The notes under the pieces are model-generated. The model was not told where the DNA came from. It did not search any database and saw nothing but the letters and a program-made list of their open reading frames with translations. Source: Gemmatimonadota bacterium (GTDB taxonomy: Bacteria; Gemmatimonadota; Gemmatimonadetes; Gemmatimonadales; GWC2-71-9). Taken from it: DNA of 64,000 nucleotides. Positions 22,136 to 30,085 of the stretch are shown here, piece after piece (position 1 is the stretch's first letter; each line of letters opens with the position of its first letter). The position numbers and the translations under genes were made by a program. The stretch lies in NCBI GenBank assembly GCA_039588935.1, contig JBDGYW010000001.1, positions 13,659 through 77,658 on the forward strand. Reading direction: 5' to 3'.

Positions 22136-23518
22136 ATGGCAAATCTATTTTACAGTCTCGCCGTTCCTGCCGCCGATGGCGTAGGAGCCGGAACGAGCGT
22201 TTCAGCGGCCGGAAACAAGAAAACCATTTCCGTGACCGGCACCTGGGTCGGCACGATCACTGTCGAGGTGAGCATCGACGGTACCAACTACTTTCCCCTG
22301 AAGAGTTACACTCACCCGGACGAGATTACGGTGGATGCTCCGTGCGCAAATATGCGTGTTAGAAGATCCGGAACCCTGAGCGGCACCCCGGCCGTGGGGG
22401 TCTCCGCCGAAGACGACGGGACCGAGAGCAACACGCTGAACATGCCGGTTGCAGACGGGGTCGGAACGGCTATGGACGTCAGCGATTGGGGCAACACGGT
22501 TGGCCTGCTCTTGACTGGCACCTGGACCGGGACGGTGACGATCGAAATCAGCGAGGACGGCACGAGCTGGGCGCAGATCAAGAGTTTCACCGCGAATGAC
22601 TACGTGGTGATGACCTTCATCGCGAGGCGGATGCGCGTCCGTCGTTCGGGCAACAGCACCGGAACTCCGCAGGTGGACATTGCCGCTGGAAACGACGCGG
22701 ACACGCTCGTGAACATCTTCGGCGATGGCTCGGACGGCGACGTCACGCTCGGAAGCAACACCACGCTGACGCGCGATATGTACTACAACTCGCTGAGCAT
22801 GGCCGGCTACGACCTCACGACCGCTGGCTATCGGGTCTTTGTCAAGGAGTCTCTGCTCATCCCGGCGCTCTCGAGTATCCACAACTCGGGCGCTAGCGGC
22901 GTCGCTGACGCGGCCGGGGCTGCGGTCTCGGCCGCGATGCTCGGTGGCTCTGGTGCGGGTGGTGCAGGTCAGACAGGCGCTGGATCGGCCGGCGGTGCGA
23001 TCGCACAGTGCATTGGCGGCGCGGGCGGTGCAGGTGGCGCGGGCGGCGGCGGTGCCCAGGCTGGAGGCGCGGCCGGCGCCAAGACGGCGCCAACCGCCAC
23101 GGAGCCGCTCCCCCGTGCCCTTCCAGTCATTGCTCTCGGTCAGTACTTCACACCCGGTTCCAATCCCGACGTGCTCAAGGGTGGTACCGGAGGCGGCGGG
23201 GGTGGTGGTGACGGTGCGGCCGACGAAGGCGGCGGCGGCGGAAGCGGCGGCGGCGTCGTACTGGTCGCTGCCAACCGTATCGAGATCGCCGCGACTGGTT
23301 CAATCCAGTCGCGTGGTGGCAATGGCGCGGCTGGTACCGCGACGGGCTGTGGCGGCGGCGGTGGTGGTGGTGGCGGCAGCGTAATAGTCGTCTACCGCGC
23401 GCTTCAGAACGCCGGCTCGATCAACGCAACCGCCGGAAGTGGCGGAGCAAGCGGCGGCGGAACCGGAGCACAGGGTGCCTCAGGCAGCGACGGGAACATC
23501 TATCAGAATCAGGTCTAG
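22136..23518 (+). CDS. Fibre/adhesin family member B (460 aa) with a glycine-rich C-terminal domain
   Basis: ORF track. MANLFYSLAVPAADGVGA, two N-terminal repeats, then GDGSDGDVTL...YYNSL and long GGxGG tracts (glycine-rich beta-helix-like). Confidence 0.85.
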   Translation: MANLFYSLAVPAADGVGAGTSVSAAGNKKTISVTGTWVGTITVEVSIDGTNYFPLKSYTHPDEITVDAPCANMRVRRSGTLSGTPAVGVSAEDDGTESNTLNMPVADGVGTAMDVSDWGNTVGLLLTGTWTGTVTIEISEDGTSWAQIKSFTANDYVVMTFIARRMRVRRSGNSTGTPQVDIAAGNDADTLVNIFGDGSDGDVTLGSNTTLTRDMYYNSLSMAGYDLTTAGYRVFVKESLLIPALSSIHNSGASGVADAAGAAVSAAMLGGSGAGGAGQTGAGSAGGAIAQCIGGAGGAGGAGGGGAQAGGAAGAKTAPTATEPLPRALPVIALGQYFTPGSNPDVLKGGTGGGGGGGDGAADEGGGGGSGGGVVLVAANRIEIAATGSIQSRGGNGAAGTATGCGGGGGGGGGSVIVVYRALQNAGSINATAGSGGASGGGTGAQGASGSDGNIYQNQV

Positions 23519-23548
23519 CGACCCACCCTATCGACAGCAACCTGGCTC

Positions 23549-23561
23549 TTTAGAGCCACAA
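23549..23561. promoter_or_regulatory. 13-bp dyad copy TTTAGAGCCACAA
   Basis: Intergenic. Same GGCTCTTTAGAGCCACAA context as at 22110, upstream of 23576. Confidence 0.65.
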
Positions 23562-23575
23562 CCGGAGGAACAATA

Positions 23576-24958
23576 ATGGCAAATCTCTTCTATAGTCTCG
23601 CCGTTCCTGCCGCCGATGGCACGGGGGCCTGGACCAATGTCGCAGCGTCCGGAACGAAGAAGACCATCAACGTTCAGGGAACCTGGGTCGGCACGATTAC
23701 CGTCGAGGTGACCAACGACGCTGGCACCGGCTACCACGCTCTCAAGTCCTTTACTTCGCCTGGTGAAGTGACGCTCGATGCGCCATGTCAGTCCATGCGC
23801 GTTCGTCGCAGCGGGACCGTCAGCGGCACGCCGACTGTCGGTGTGTCCGCCGAGGACGATGGCACGGAAGTCGCGAACCTGCCGGTATCGGCCGGTGATG
23901 GTGTCGGCGCTGGTGTCGATGTCTCCGACTACGGCAACACAATGTCGATCCTGATCGCCGGCACCTGGACGGGAGTCGTTACGATCGAGATCAGCGAGGA
24001 TGGCACCAACTGGGCGCAGATCAAGAGTTTCACCGCGAATGACTACGTGGTGATGACCTTCATCGCGAGGCAGATGCGCGTTCGGCGTTCGGGCAATAGC
24101 GGTGGGACTCCCAATGTGGACGTCGCCGCTGGCAACGACGCCGACACGCTGGTGAACCTGTTCGGTGACGGCTCGGACGGTGACGTGACGCTGGGCGCGC
24201 CAACCACGCTGACCCGCGACATGTACTACAACTCGCTAAACACGGGGGCCTTCGCCCTCAACTGCGCGGGCTACAGGGTCTTCGTCAAGGAAACCCTGAC
24301 TGTCGCAGCGGGCGGATCGATTCACCGCAACGGCAACGCGGCTGCGGCCGAAGTTGCTGGCGCTGCCCTGGCCGCGGCCATGCTTGGCAACTCGGGCGCT
24401 GGCGGAACGGGCGTGAGCGGCAACGGCGCGGCCGGTGGCGCGATTGCCCAGTGCATCGGTGGTGCCGGTGGCGCTGGCGGTACTGGAAACGGTGGGGCGA
24501 CTACGTCTGGCGCTGCTGGGGCTGCGACTGTCCCGACCGCGACAGAGCCGCTCCCACGCGCTCTGCCCGTGATGCTGCTCGGCCAGTACTTCACGCCTGG
24601 CGCTGCGCCTGACGTCCTGAAGGGCGGCTGCGGCGGCGGTAGCGGCGGTGGTGACGGCGCTGCCAACGAAGGCGGTGGCGGTGGCGGTGGCGGTGGCGTT
24701 GTTTTGATCGCGGCCAATAAGATCGACATCGTCGCAACCGGCTCGATCTCTGCGCAAGGCGGCGCCGGCGCTGCCGGAACCGCGGCCAACTGCGGCGGTG
24801 GTGGTGGCGGCGGCGGCGGTGGCATCATCCTCGTCTACCGCGCTCTACAGAACGCGGGTACCATCACGGTGGCTGGTGGCGCTCTCGGTGCTGGCGTATC
24901 CAACGGAACGGACGGAACTGCCGGCGCTGTCGGCGACATCTACCAGAACCAGGTCTAG
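23576..24958 (+). CDS. Fibre/adhesin family member C (460 aa), tandem duplicate of B
   Basis: ORF track. Collinear with 22136..23518 over the full length and contains a 62-bp run identical to B. Confidence 0.85.
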   Translation: MANLFYSLAVPAADGTGAWTNVAASGTKKTINVQGTWVGTITVEVTNDAGTGYHALKSFTSPGEVTLDAPCQSMRVRRSGTVSGTPTVGVSAEDDGTEVANLPVSAGDGVGAGVDVSDYGNTMSILIAGTWTGVVTIEISEDGTNWAQIKSFTANDYVVMTFIARQMRVRRSGNSGGTPNVDVAAGNDADTLVNLFGDGSDGDVTLGAPTTLTRDMYYNSLNTGAFALNCAGYRVFVKETLTVAAGGSIHRNGNAAAAEVAGAALAAAMLGNSGAGGTGVSGNGAAGGAIAQCIGGAGGAGGTGNGGATTSGAAGAATVPTATEPLPRALPVMLLGQYFTPGAAPDVLKGGCGGGSGGGDGAANEGGGGGGGGGVVLIAANKIDIVATGSISAQGGAGAAGTAANCGGGGGGGGGGIILVYRALQNAGTITVAGGALGAGVSNGTDGTAGAVGDIYQNQV

Positions 24959-24982
24959 CAACCCACGCGACGGAGACGGGCG

Positions 24983-25216
24983 ATGAGCTACGTACCAACC
25001 GGCTTCAACCTTCAAGAGGAGACCGAGATTCTCACTGGTCAGCGGACCGCGAAGGACAAGCTGGACGAGATCATCGCACGTCTAAAGGCCGAGGAGAGGC
25101 AGCGCCGATGGACCTTGATTGTCGGGTCCATCGGCGTCCTCTTCGCCGCGATCAAGCTTGGGGTGCTCGTCATTCCGAGTGTGCGCGTGCGCAGCCGGAA
25201 GCTCGGCAGGCTCTAG
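24983..25216 (+). CDS. Small single-pass membrane protein (77 aa)
   Basis: ORF track. TM segment WTLIVGSIGVLFAAIKLGVLVIP followed by a basic tail. A holin-like role is speculation. Confidence 0.6.
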   Translation: MSYVPTGFNLQEETEILTGQRTAKDKLDEIIARLKAEERQRRWTLIVGSIGVLFAAIKLGVLVIPSVRVRSRKLGRL

Positions 25217-25218
25217 CT

Positions 25219-25446
25219 GTGATCAGCGTACCGAAGGGCGACAGCCCGACGCGCAAGGGCACCTGGTGGCCGCTCGGCCACAATAACGGCCGCTCAGCCA
25301 GCTTCTGCTGCCCGAGCTGCGGTCTGATGGGCGTACTCACTGAACACGAGATCGGCGATCGCGGCTCCGTGACACCAAGCGTGGTCTGTCCAGCCGATGA
25401 CTGCGACTTCCACGACTACATCTGCCTCGAGGACTGGGCTGCCTAG
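25219..25446 (+). CDS. Hypothetical Cys-rich protein (75 aa)
   Basis: ORF track 25108..25446 trimmed to GTG 25219, after the previous stop. CCPSCG...CPADDC. Confidence 0.5.
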   Translation: MISVPKGDSPTRKGTWWPLGHNNGRSASFCCPSCGLMGVLTEHEIGDRGSVTPSVVCPADDCDFHDYICLEDWAA

Positions 25447-25733
25447 TACAGCTCGCCCTTCAGCGCAGCTGCGGCCCACGGCAGAATGGTCGATGGGTGC
25501 TTCGTGAGGACATGCCGCTTGATCCGCGCCGCGGCCTCGACGAGGTGATCACCGCAGAACTGCACGGTGAACGGCTCCCCCTCCTTCTCGCCCTCTTCGA
25601 TCAGCGCTTCACAGACCTTGCAGTGGTGCATGAGCGCGCCGTTTTTGTGGCAGCCCTTCTTGAAGCAGGGGCCGTGGTGCGCCTTGGTGTCCGCGCGCTT
25701 GGGTTTGCCCTTCAGGGCCCGGGGCTTGCTCAC
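25443..25733 (-). CDS. Hypothetical Cys/His-rich protein (96 aa); last gene of the leftward array
   Basis: ORF track. GTG start 25733. Its stop shares the CTAG tetranucleotide with the stop of 25219..25446(+). Confidence 0.6.
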   Translation of the reverse strand: MSKPRALKGKPKRADTKAHHGPCFKKGCHKNGALMHHCKVCEALIEEGEKEGEPFTVQFCGDHLVEAAARIKRHVLTKHPSTILPWAAAALKGELY

Positions 25734-26389
25734 TGGCCATTCCTCCGCTTGAGACTCGAAAGTAGCAGGCCAGCCTGAAAGGGGCCGGCTGCGTGGTCCT
25801 GGACCTTGTCCGGCGCCTGGAAGTGGAGCACGATAGTTGTTTGCCTTCTCCCCGTGCCTTTCGTGACCACGCCCAGGACATCAGAGCGGACGACGAGGTC
25901 GTCCTTCTTCGGTTTGTATCTCGCACAGTCCACTAGGAACTCCGCAACCTGTTTCGGATCCTCCACGCGGGCACACTGGAACTCGAAGGCCTGGATGTCG
26001 AAGTCCGCGTACTTCATCTCGATGACGGCCTCGATCATCGCCTTCTGGAAGTCCTCGACGGTCTTGGGTTTGAGCTTCTCGACTGTGGGGAGCTCGACCA
26101 GGCGCGCCTCGCACGGCTCGAACCAGCCCGACTGCGGGTCGGTGTAGCGATTGCACTGGATTGCGTTGCCATTGAGGTAGCTGTGTCCGAGCACGTTGCC
26201 GGTCTTCCTGGCAACGATCTCCACGGACAGGTCGCCAGGCTTCGCGTAGACCCACGACGGCATGTCGGTCCGCATGTGCGGCTGCTCGCCCAGGCACGAC
26301 CTGGAGACCGCATGCTCAGTTGCGACCCGCAAGACCTGGCCACCGCGGCAATGGGTGCAACCGAACTTCTTCTCGAGGGAGAGTTTCAC
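25730..26389 (-). CDS. Hypothetical protein (219 aa)
   Basis: ORF track. GTG start. GTGA overlap with the downstream gene. Confidence 0.7.
   Translation of the reverse strand: MKLSLEKKFGCTHCRGGQVLRVATEHAVSRSCLGEQPHMRTDMPSWVYAKPGDLSVEIVARKTGNVLGHSYLNGNAIQCNRYTDPQSGWFEPCEARLVELPTVEKLKPKTVEDFQKAMIEAVIEMKYADFDIQAFEFQCARVEDPKQVAEFLVDCARYKPKKDDLVVRSDVLGVVTKGTGRRQTTIVLHFQAPDKVQDHAAGPFQAGLLLSSLKRRNGQ
25749..25761. repeat. 13-bp dyad copy TTGAGACTCGAAA
   Basis: In the last codons of 25730..26389, 16 nt upstream of the start of 25443..25733. Confidence 0.55.
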
Positions 26390-26401
26390 GTTGACGACTC
26401 C

Positions 26402-26653
26402 TTAGCTTGGCTCGCTTCGCTCGGCCTTGGAGGCCGCTTCCAGTATCTCATGTCCATAGGCAGGCGCCAGCTCAACGCCACGTAGAAGGATGCTCCACCT
26501 CTCGTCGTCGGTAGCGAGTTCGTTCATCGCCATGACCGCACTGCGAACGCAGCCTTCGCAGAACCCGAGTCGGAGTAGGCCCCCGATTGTCACCCCCAAA
26601 TACTCGTTGAGGGCGCGGAAGTCATCGGCGTGCTTCTCTTGGTCACTGCTCAT
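26402..26653 (-). CDS. Hypothetical protein (83 aa)
   Basis: ORF track 26402..26755 trimmed to ATG 26653 behind GGGAAGGAGA. Confidence 0.65.
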   Translation of the reverse strand: MSSDQEKHADDFRALNEYLGVTIGGLLRLGFCEGCVRSAVMAMNELATDDERWSILLRGVELAPAYGHEILEAASKAERSEPS

Positions 26654-26733
26654 AGCTGTCTCCTTCCCGCGGCCGAGACTAGCACGGCCGCCAGCACACG
26701 CGCGGCCGTGATGATGATGGCGGCCGTGGTCAT
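26650..26733 (-). CDS. Micro-ORF, hydrophobic peptide (27 aa)
   Basis: Tail of track ORF 26650..26865. MTTAAIIITAARVLAAVLVSAAGRRQL. ATGA-coupled to both neighbours. Confidence 0.35.
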   Translation of the reverse strand: MTTAAIIITAARVLAAVLVSAAGRRQL

Positions 26734-26810
26734 CGCCGCGAGCCGAGCACGCCAAGAAGAAACCCAGGCAGCACTGCGATTCCCGTGACGATCCAGGTGC
26801 CAGTGGTCAT
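26730..26810 (-). CDS. Micro-ORF, hydrophobic peptide (26 aa)
   Basis: Not in the ORF track. My translation is MTTGTWIVTGIAVLPGFLLGVLGSRR. ATGA-coupled to both neighbours. Confidence 0.35.
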   Translation of the reverse strand: MTTGTWIVTGIAVLPGFLLGVLGSRR

Positions 26811-27544
26811 ACCTTGATGCCCCCCTTGAGGGCGTTCCCGAGGATGCCGGCACCCAGCGCGCCAAGGCCGCTACCGATTGCGCTCACGGTGCCAGCACTC
26901 TTCGTGCGGCGCGCGAGCAGCCAGATCGCGGCAGCTAGCTCGGAAATACCAGCGACACCAGCGGTCGGCCCATAGTCTTCGGCGTCGGCTAGCATGTGCT
27001 CCGTCATTTTGCACAGGTGCTGGTCAACGCGCTCCTCCAGTTTGCCGAGGCGGATCTTCTCCAGCCTGAGCTGGTCGCAGCCGATGGCGACAGCGCGCAA
27101 ATGGTCACACACGGTCTGCTTCAGCGGAGGGTGATACGTCATCGGATCGCGCGCGGCGCTGTGGTCCCCTTGCGCCTCCAGCTTATCGGCGAGCTCCTCG
27201 AGGAACACGCGATCTTCACTCGGGTCTCCATCGAGGGGGTTGGAGTCGGCTTGCGACTCTGAACTCGGCTGCTCGCCCAGACCCTCGAAGTGCTGCTCGA
27301 CGATCGCAAGCATCTTGTCAGCCTCGGCGTAGTCGCTGGGCTTCTCGCTGCCGGGCAGGTCGGAAAACTTGGTCACCATCTGTCTACGCCAACGCACACA
27401 ACTTTCCGGTGCGATGGTCACGGCGCCATTGTCGTGGGTTTGAGAGCGCTCGCTCGAGAACATGTAGCGCATCCAGCCAGACCAGGCTTCGTGGGCATAG
27501 TCGGCCAGGGCGGTGCGGAGGTCTTGGTTTTTGAAATTAGGCAT
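26807..27544 (-). CDS. Hypothetical protein (245 aa) with a Gly-rich hydrophobic C-terminus
   Basis: ORF track. AGGAGAACCCTA-ATG-type RBS. C-terminal GISELAAAIWLLA...GSGLGALGAGILG. Confidence 0.7.
   Translation of the reverse strand: MPNFKNQDLRTALADYAHEAWSGWMRYMFSSERSQTHDNGAVTIAPESCVRWRRQMVTKFSDLPGSEKPSDYAEADKMLAIVEQHFEGLGEQPSSESQADSNPLDGDPSEDRVFLEELADKLEAQGDHSAARDPMTYHPPLKQTVCDHLRAVAIGCDQLRLEKIRLGKLEERVDQHLCKMTEHMLADAEDYGPTAGVAGISELAAAIWLLARRTKSAGTVSAIGSGLGALGAGILGNALKGGIKV
27251..27263. repeat. 13-bp dyad copy TTGCGACTCTGAA
   Basis: Inside CDS 26807..27544. Confidence 0.55.
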
Positions 27545-27569
27545 TAGGGTTCTCCTTTGTCGTGATTGG

Positions 27570-28001
27570 TTATTGAACGTTGCGTGCTATCAGGCCGCCG
27601 ATGCAGCGACGAACCATTTTTGCTTCCTCGGCTTTCTCTGCCGGCGACTTCCTCTCCCAGCGCTCCCGCGCCTCCTTTTGTTTCTGGAGCTGTTCGGCGT
27701 GGTAGGACTTGCAGGAATCACACTCCTCTTGGTAGTCGATGCGCAGCTCGCGCCGCGGCCGGGCGCAGTTGCAGCAGATGGCCGGTGGCGTTGGCAACCC
27801 GCGCTCGGCCAGGGCGCCCATGAGCATCGCTTCGATCTCGAGGCAACTCTCGTCGTCATCTCGCTCGTAGGCCCGTTCGTGCATGCGGACCAGCGGCAAG
27901 AAGAACGAAGTGCGGCGCAGACTTGCGAATCGCAACCGCAGGCGCTCGCTGACGCTCAGCGCGACGATGGTGGTGATGGCTGGGGTCAGTTCCTCGGACA
28001 T
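27570..28001 (-). CDS. Hypothetical protein (143 aa)
   Basis: ORF track 27570..28100 trimmed to ATG 28001 behind CAGGAGAAAG. CCNC...CDSC. Confidence 0.6.
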   Translation of the reverse strand: MSEELTPAITTIVALSVSERLRLRFASLRRTSFFLPLVRMHERAYERDDDESCLEIEAMLMGALAERGLPTPPAICCNCARPRRELRIDYQEECDSCKSYHAEQLQKQKEARERWERKSPAEKAEEAKMVRRCIGGLIARNVQ

Positions 28002-28300
28002 GGCTTTCTCCTGGCGTCGAATGCTGCGGTCTTCGCAGCCGTGCAATCTTCGCAGATCAACCCAGCGTCGTGGTCGTTTGTCCAGCCCGGAGGCATCCAC
28101 TCATTCCAGTCTGGGCCAGGCCAGAGGAACCCCCCGTCCAACCCCTCGGCCTGCTTCGCCTTCACATACTCGATCAGCACGTCGTGCGTGGGTCGCGGCG
28201 TCTCTTTGCCGCAGACGCCGCAGTCATGATAGCCGATGGTGACCCCCGAAGTGACCGTGTAGCTGACTTCGGTCGAGGTTTCTTCGAGCCGGTGCGCCAT
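27986..28300 (-). CDS. Hypothetical protein (104 aa)
   Basis: ORF track. CGVCG...CEDC. Confidence 0.65.
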   Translation of the reverse strand: MAHRLEETSTEVSYTVTSGVTIGYHDCGVCGKETPRPTHDVLIEYVKAKQAEGLDGGFLWPGPDWNEWMPPGWTNDHDAGLICEDCTAAKTAAFDARRKPCPRN

Positions 28301-28302
28301 CG

Positions 28303-28572
28303 CTAGACCCTCGGCGGCCAGGTCCAGTGCCCGCGCTTGAATTCGGACGAGAACGGCACATCGCGCATGTTGAACTCGCCGTCCTCGTAGAAAATGTGGA
28401 GCGAGACGGAGTAGTGCCGCTCATCCTCCTCTTTGTGACTGCCCTCCTCGACTCCGCGATCGAGATCAATGCGAACCTTGGTGATGATCGCGGCCTGCTG
28501 CGCGGGCGGGTAGCGTCCGTCCGCGTCGCCTAGATTGGTGTAGTGGACGATCCTTCCAACTGTCGGTTTCAT
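28303..28572 (-). CDS. Hypothetical protein (89 aa)
   Basis: ORF track 28303..28614 trimmed to ATG 28572 (ATGA overlap with the upstream stop). Confidence 0.65.
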   Translation of the reverse strand: MKPTVGRIVHYTNLGDADGRYPPAQQAAIITKVRIDLDRGVEEGSHKEEDERHYSVSLHIFYEDGEFNMRDVPFSSEFKRGHWTWPPRV

Positions 28573-28754
28573 GGCTGTCCTCTCTCTTCGAGTTTGCGCA
28601 CCTGACTGAGCCACCAGCGGGTGGCGTTGATCTTGGTCTCGACGAGCCTTCTACCGTCGTCGGTTATTTGGTGCGGTGGGTTCTCGTCTGCAAGCAGCTC
28701 CTTGAAGCGCTTGATGCTCTTCTCCATTTCGGCTTCTAGATCGCGGATTTTCAC
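28569..28754 (-). CDS. Hypothetical protein (61 aa)
   Basis: ORF track. GTG start. 4-nt overlap on both sides. Confidence 0.6.
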   Translation of the reverse strand: MKIRDLEAEMEKSIKRFKELLADENPPHQITDDGRRLVETKINATRWWLSQVRKLEERGQP

Positions 28755-29083
28755 GGCTTCGCTTCTCCCTTCAAGGCCTCAATGCGAGCGATCCAGCGCT
28801 CGGTTGCTTTGAGCGCCCTATTCAACACCTTCGCCTTGAAGGGGTTCCCCTCCAACTGGAGCAGCAGCTTGATGTCGGTGATTGAGGCTCTCATCTCCTT
28901 GACGAGCTCGTCGACTGGGAACGCGGGCAGCTCGGCCAGGTGCTCGGCCTCGGCGGCTTGCTTTGCGTGCCGGCGCATCGCCGCGTGTCGCTCCTCGCAC
29001 TCCGTGCACTCCCATGGAGGCTTCTCGTGGATGCAGATGCTCTGCAAGACCTGGACGGGCTCGACGCGCGGTTTGCCGCCCAT
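28751..29083 (-). CDS. Hypothetical protein (110 aa)
   Basis: ORF track. C-terminal segment (KATERWIARIEALKGE) similar to that of 28569..28754 (INATRWWLSQVRKLEE). Confidence 0.65.
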   Translation of the reverse strand: MGGKPRVEPVQVLQSICIHEKPPWECTECEERHAAMRRHAKQAAEAEHLAELPAFPVDELVKEMRASITDIKLLLQLEGNPFKAKVLNRALKATERWIARIEALKGEAKP

Positions 29084-29086
29084 GGC

Positions 29087-29548
29087 TTAGTCCTCTTGCG
29101 CTGCTTTCGAGTACCGGCCGCCGAAAACCGTGACTCGAATCGGCGCTGGCTGCCTGGGCTGGAAGAACGGATCGATGCGGACGTGCCACGGCCGTTCGGG
29201 CATAATCAGGATGGGCACGAATAGCTGGTGCCTGGACGCCGCGACCTCGATGGGGATCGGATCTGATGCGAACTGCTCGCCGACCACAATACTGACCAAT
29301 CCGTCGAAGAGGGCAGTTTCCTGGACGTAGATGCCCGTGAGAACGATCTTGCGCTCGGCAGGGACGTGGCCGTTCGGTTCGCAGACGCTGGTCTCGTGGC
29401 GCTTCCCCGTCTCGGCGCAACGTCGCACTCGAGCCTCGAATTCTTCGCCAGCGAACGCATAGGTCGCCAGGGACGCTCCGGGCCGGACGATCGGCGTGTC
29501 CCAGAAGGCGGTCGACCGAATCTTCCGTATAAAGTGCAGCTTCGGCAT
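29087..29548 (-). CDS. Hypothetical protein (153 aa)
   Basis: ORF track. Abuts its neighbours. Confidence 0.7.
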   Translation of the reverse strand: MPKLHFIRKIRSTAFWDTPIVRPGASLATYAFAGEEFEARVRRCAETGKRHETSVCEPNGHVPAERKIVLTGIYVQETALFDGLVSIVVGEQFASDPIPIEVAASRHQLFVPILIMPERPWHVRIDPFFQPRQPAPIRVTVFGGRYSKAAQED

Positions 29549-29551
29549 GGC

Positions 29552-29932
29552 TCAGCCCAGGGGCTCGAGGATGACGATCGCGCGGTAGCGCTGCTGGACG
29601 CGCACCCTTGCCCCGTTGTGGTTGCCGTGCTGGAGTGCCGGGTCCAAGCAGACGCGGTAGTTGATCGCCTGGAAGTTCAGGTAGGCGTCCACCTCGGTGT
29701 CCTTCTGGTCGAAGTGCTGCTGCGGCAGCTCGAACGTCGTCGCGAAGACGTGCTCGGCGCGCTCCAGGAGCGGTCCTGCGCCGCCCTGGAGCGCCTGGAT
29801 GCCTTCCTTGGCGTCTCTCAGGAGCGAGAGAGCGTCCTGGAGGGCGTTCTGGAGGCGCGTATCGGCCTCGGCCGCGGCGTTCTCCACGGCCTGGACGGCG
29901 ATCGCGGGGTCGAAGTTCTTCAGCTCGCACAT
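29552..29932 (-). CDS. Hypothetical protein (126 aa)
   Basis: ORF track. AAAGGAGAACCCG-ATG. First gene downstream of the 168-bp spacer 29933-30100. Confidence 0.7.
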   Translation of the reverse strand: MCELKNFDPAIAVQAVENAAAEADTRLQNALQDALSLLRDAKEGIQALQGGAGPLLERAEHVFATTFELPQQHFDQKDTEVDAYLNFQAINYRVCLDPALQHGNHNGARVRVQQRYRAIVILEPLG

Positions 29933-30085
29933 CGGGTTCTCCTTTAGATGGGTGCGCTCGCGCGCGGTGATGGGCTTCTCTCCCGGGGTTTTCGGCCGGT
30001 TTTATGCCGGCGCACGCCAATTTTGGCTCGAAACCCCCATTGAAACACGACGTAAGTACTTGAAATCATTAGGTTATGCGTGGGG

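Noticed and set aside
22900-24830. Repetitive GGC/GGT tracts (and the K/R-codon repeats at 49400-50000) as possible CRISPR arrays or non-coding satellites
   Set aside because: They lie inside long, well-supported ORFs and translate to Gly tracts or Lys/Arg/Ala/Thr low-complexity sequence. There is no repeat-spacer periodicity of 28-37 bp with unique spacers, and there are no cas genes.
18814-24958. Diversity-generating retroelement acting on the paralogous adhesins
   Set aside because: I could find no reverse transcriptase (no YxDD-containing ORF) and no template/variable repeat pair with adenine-specific differences. The divergence between paralogs is spread over all bases.
28818-30020. Long track ORFs in alternative frames: 28818..30020(-, 400 aa), 40459..41706(+, 415 aa), 48640..50268(+, 542 aa), the 5' parts of 51346..52449(-) and 45525..46409(-), 20147..21136(-), 19045..19893(-), 14615..15379(-)
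   Set aside because: All overlap better-supported genes on the same or the opposite strand. They are dominated by R/P/G/A runs, lack RBSs and break the stop/start coupling pattern. Such ORFs are expected by chance in GC-rich DNA, where stop codons are rare off-frame.
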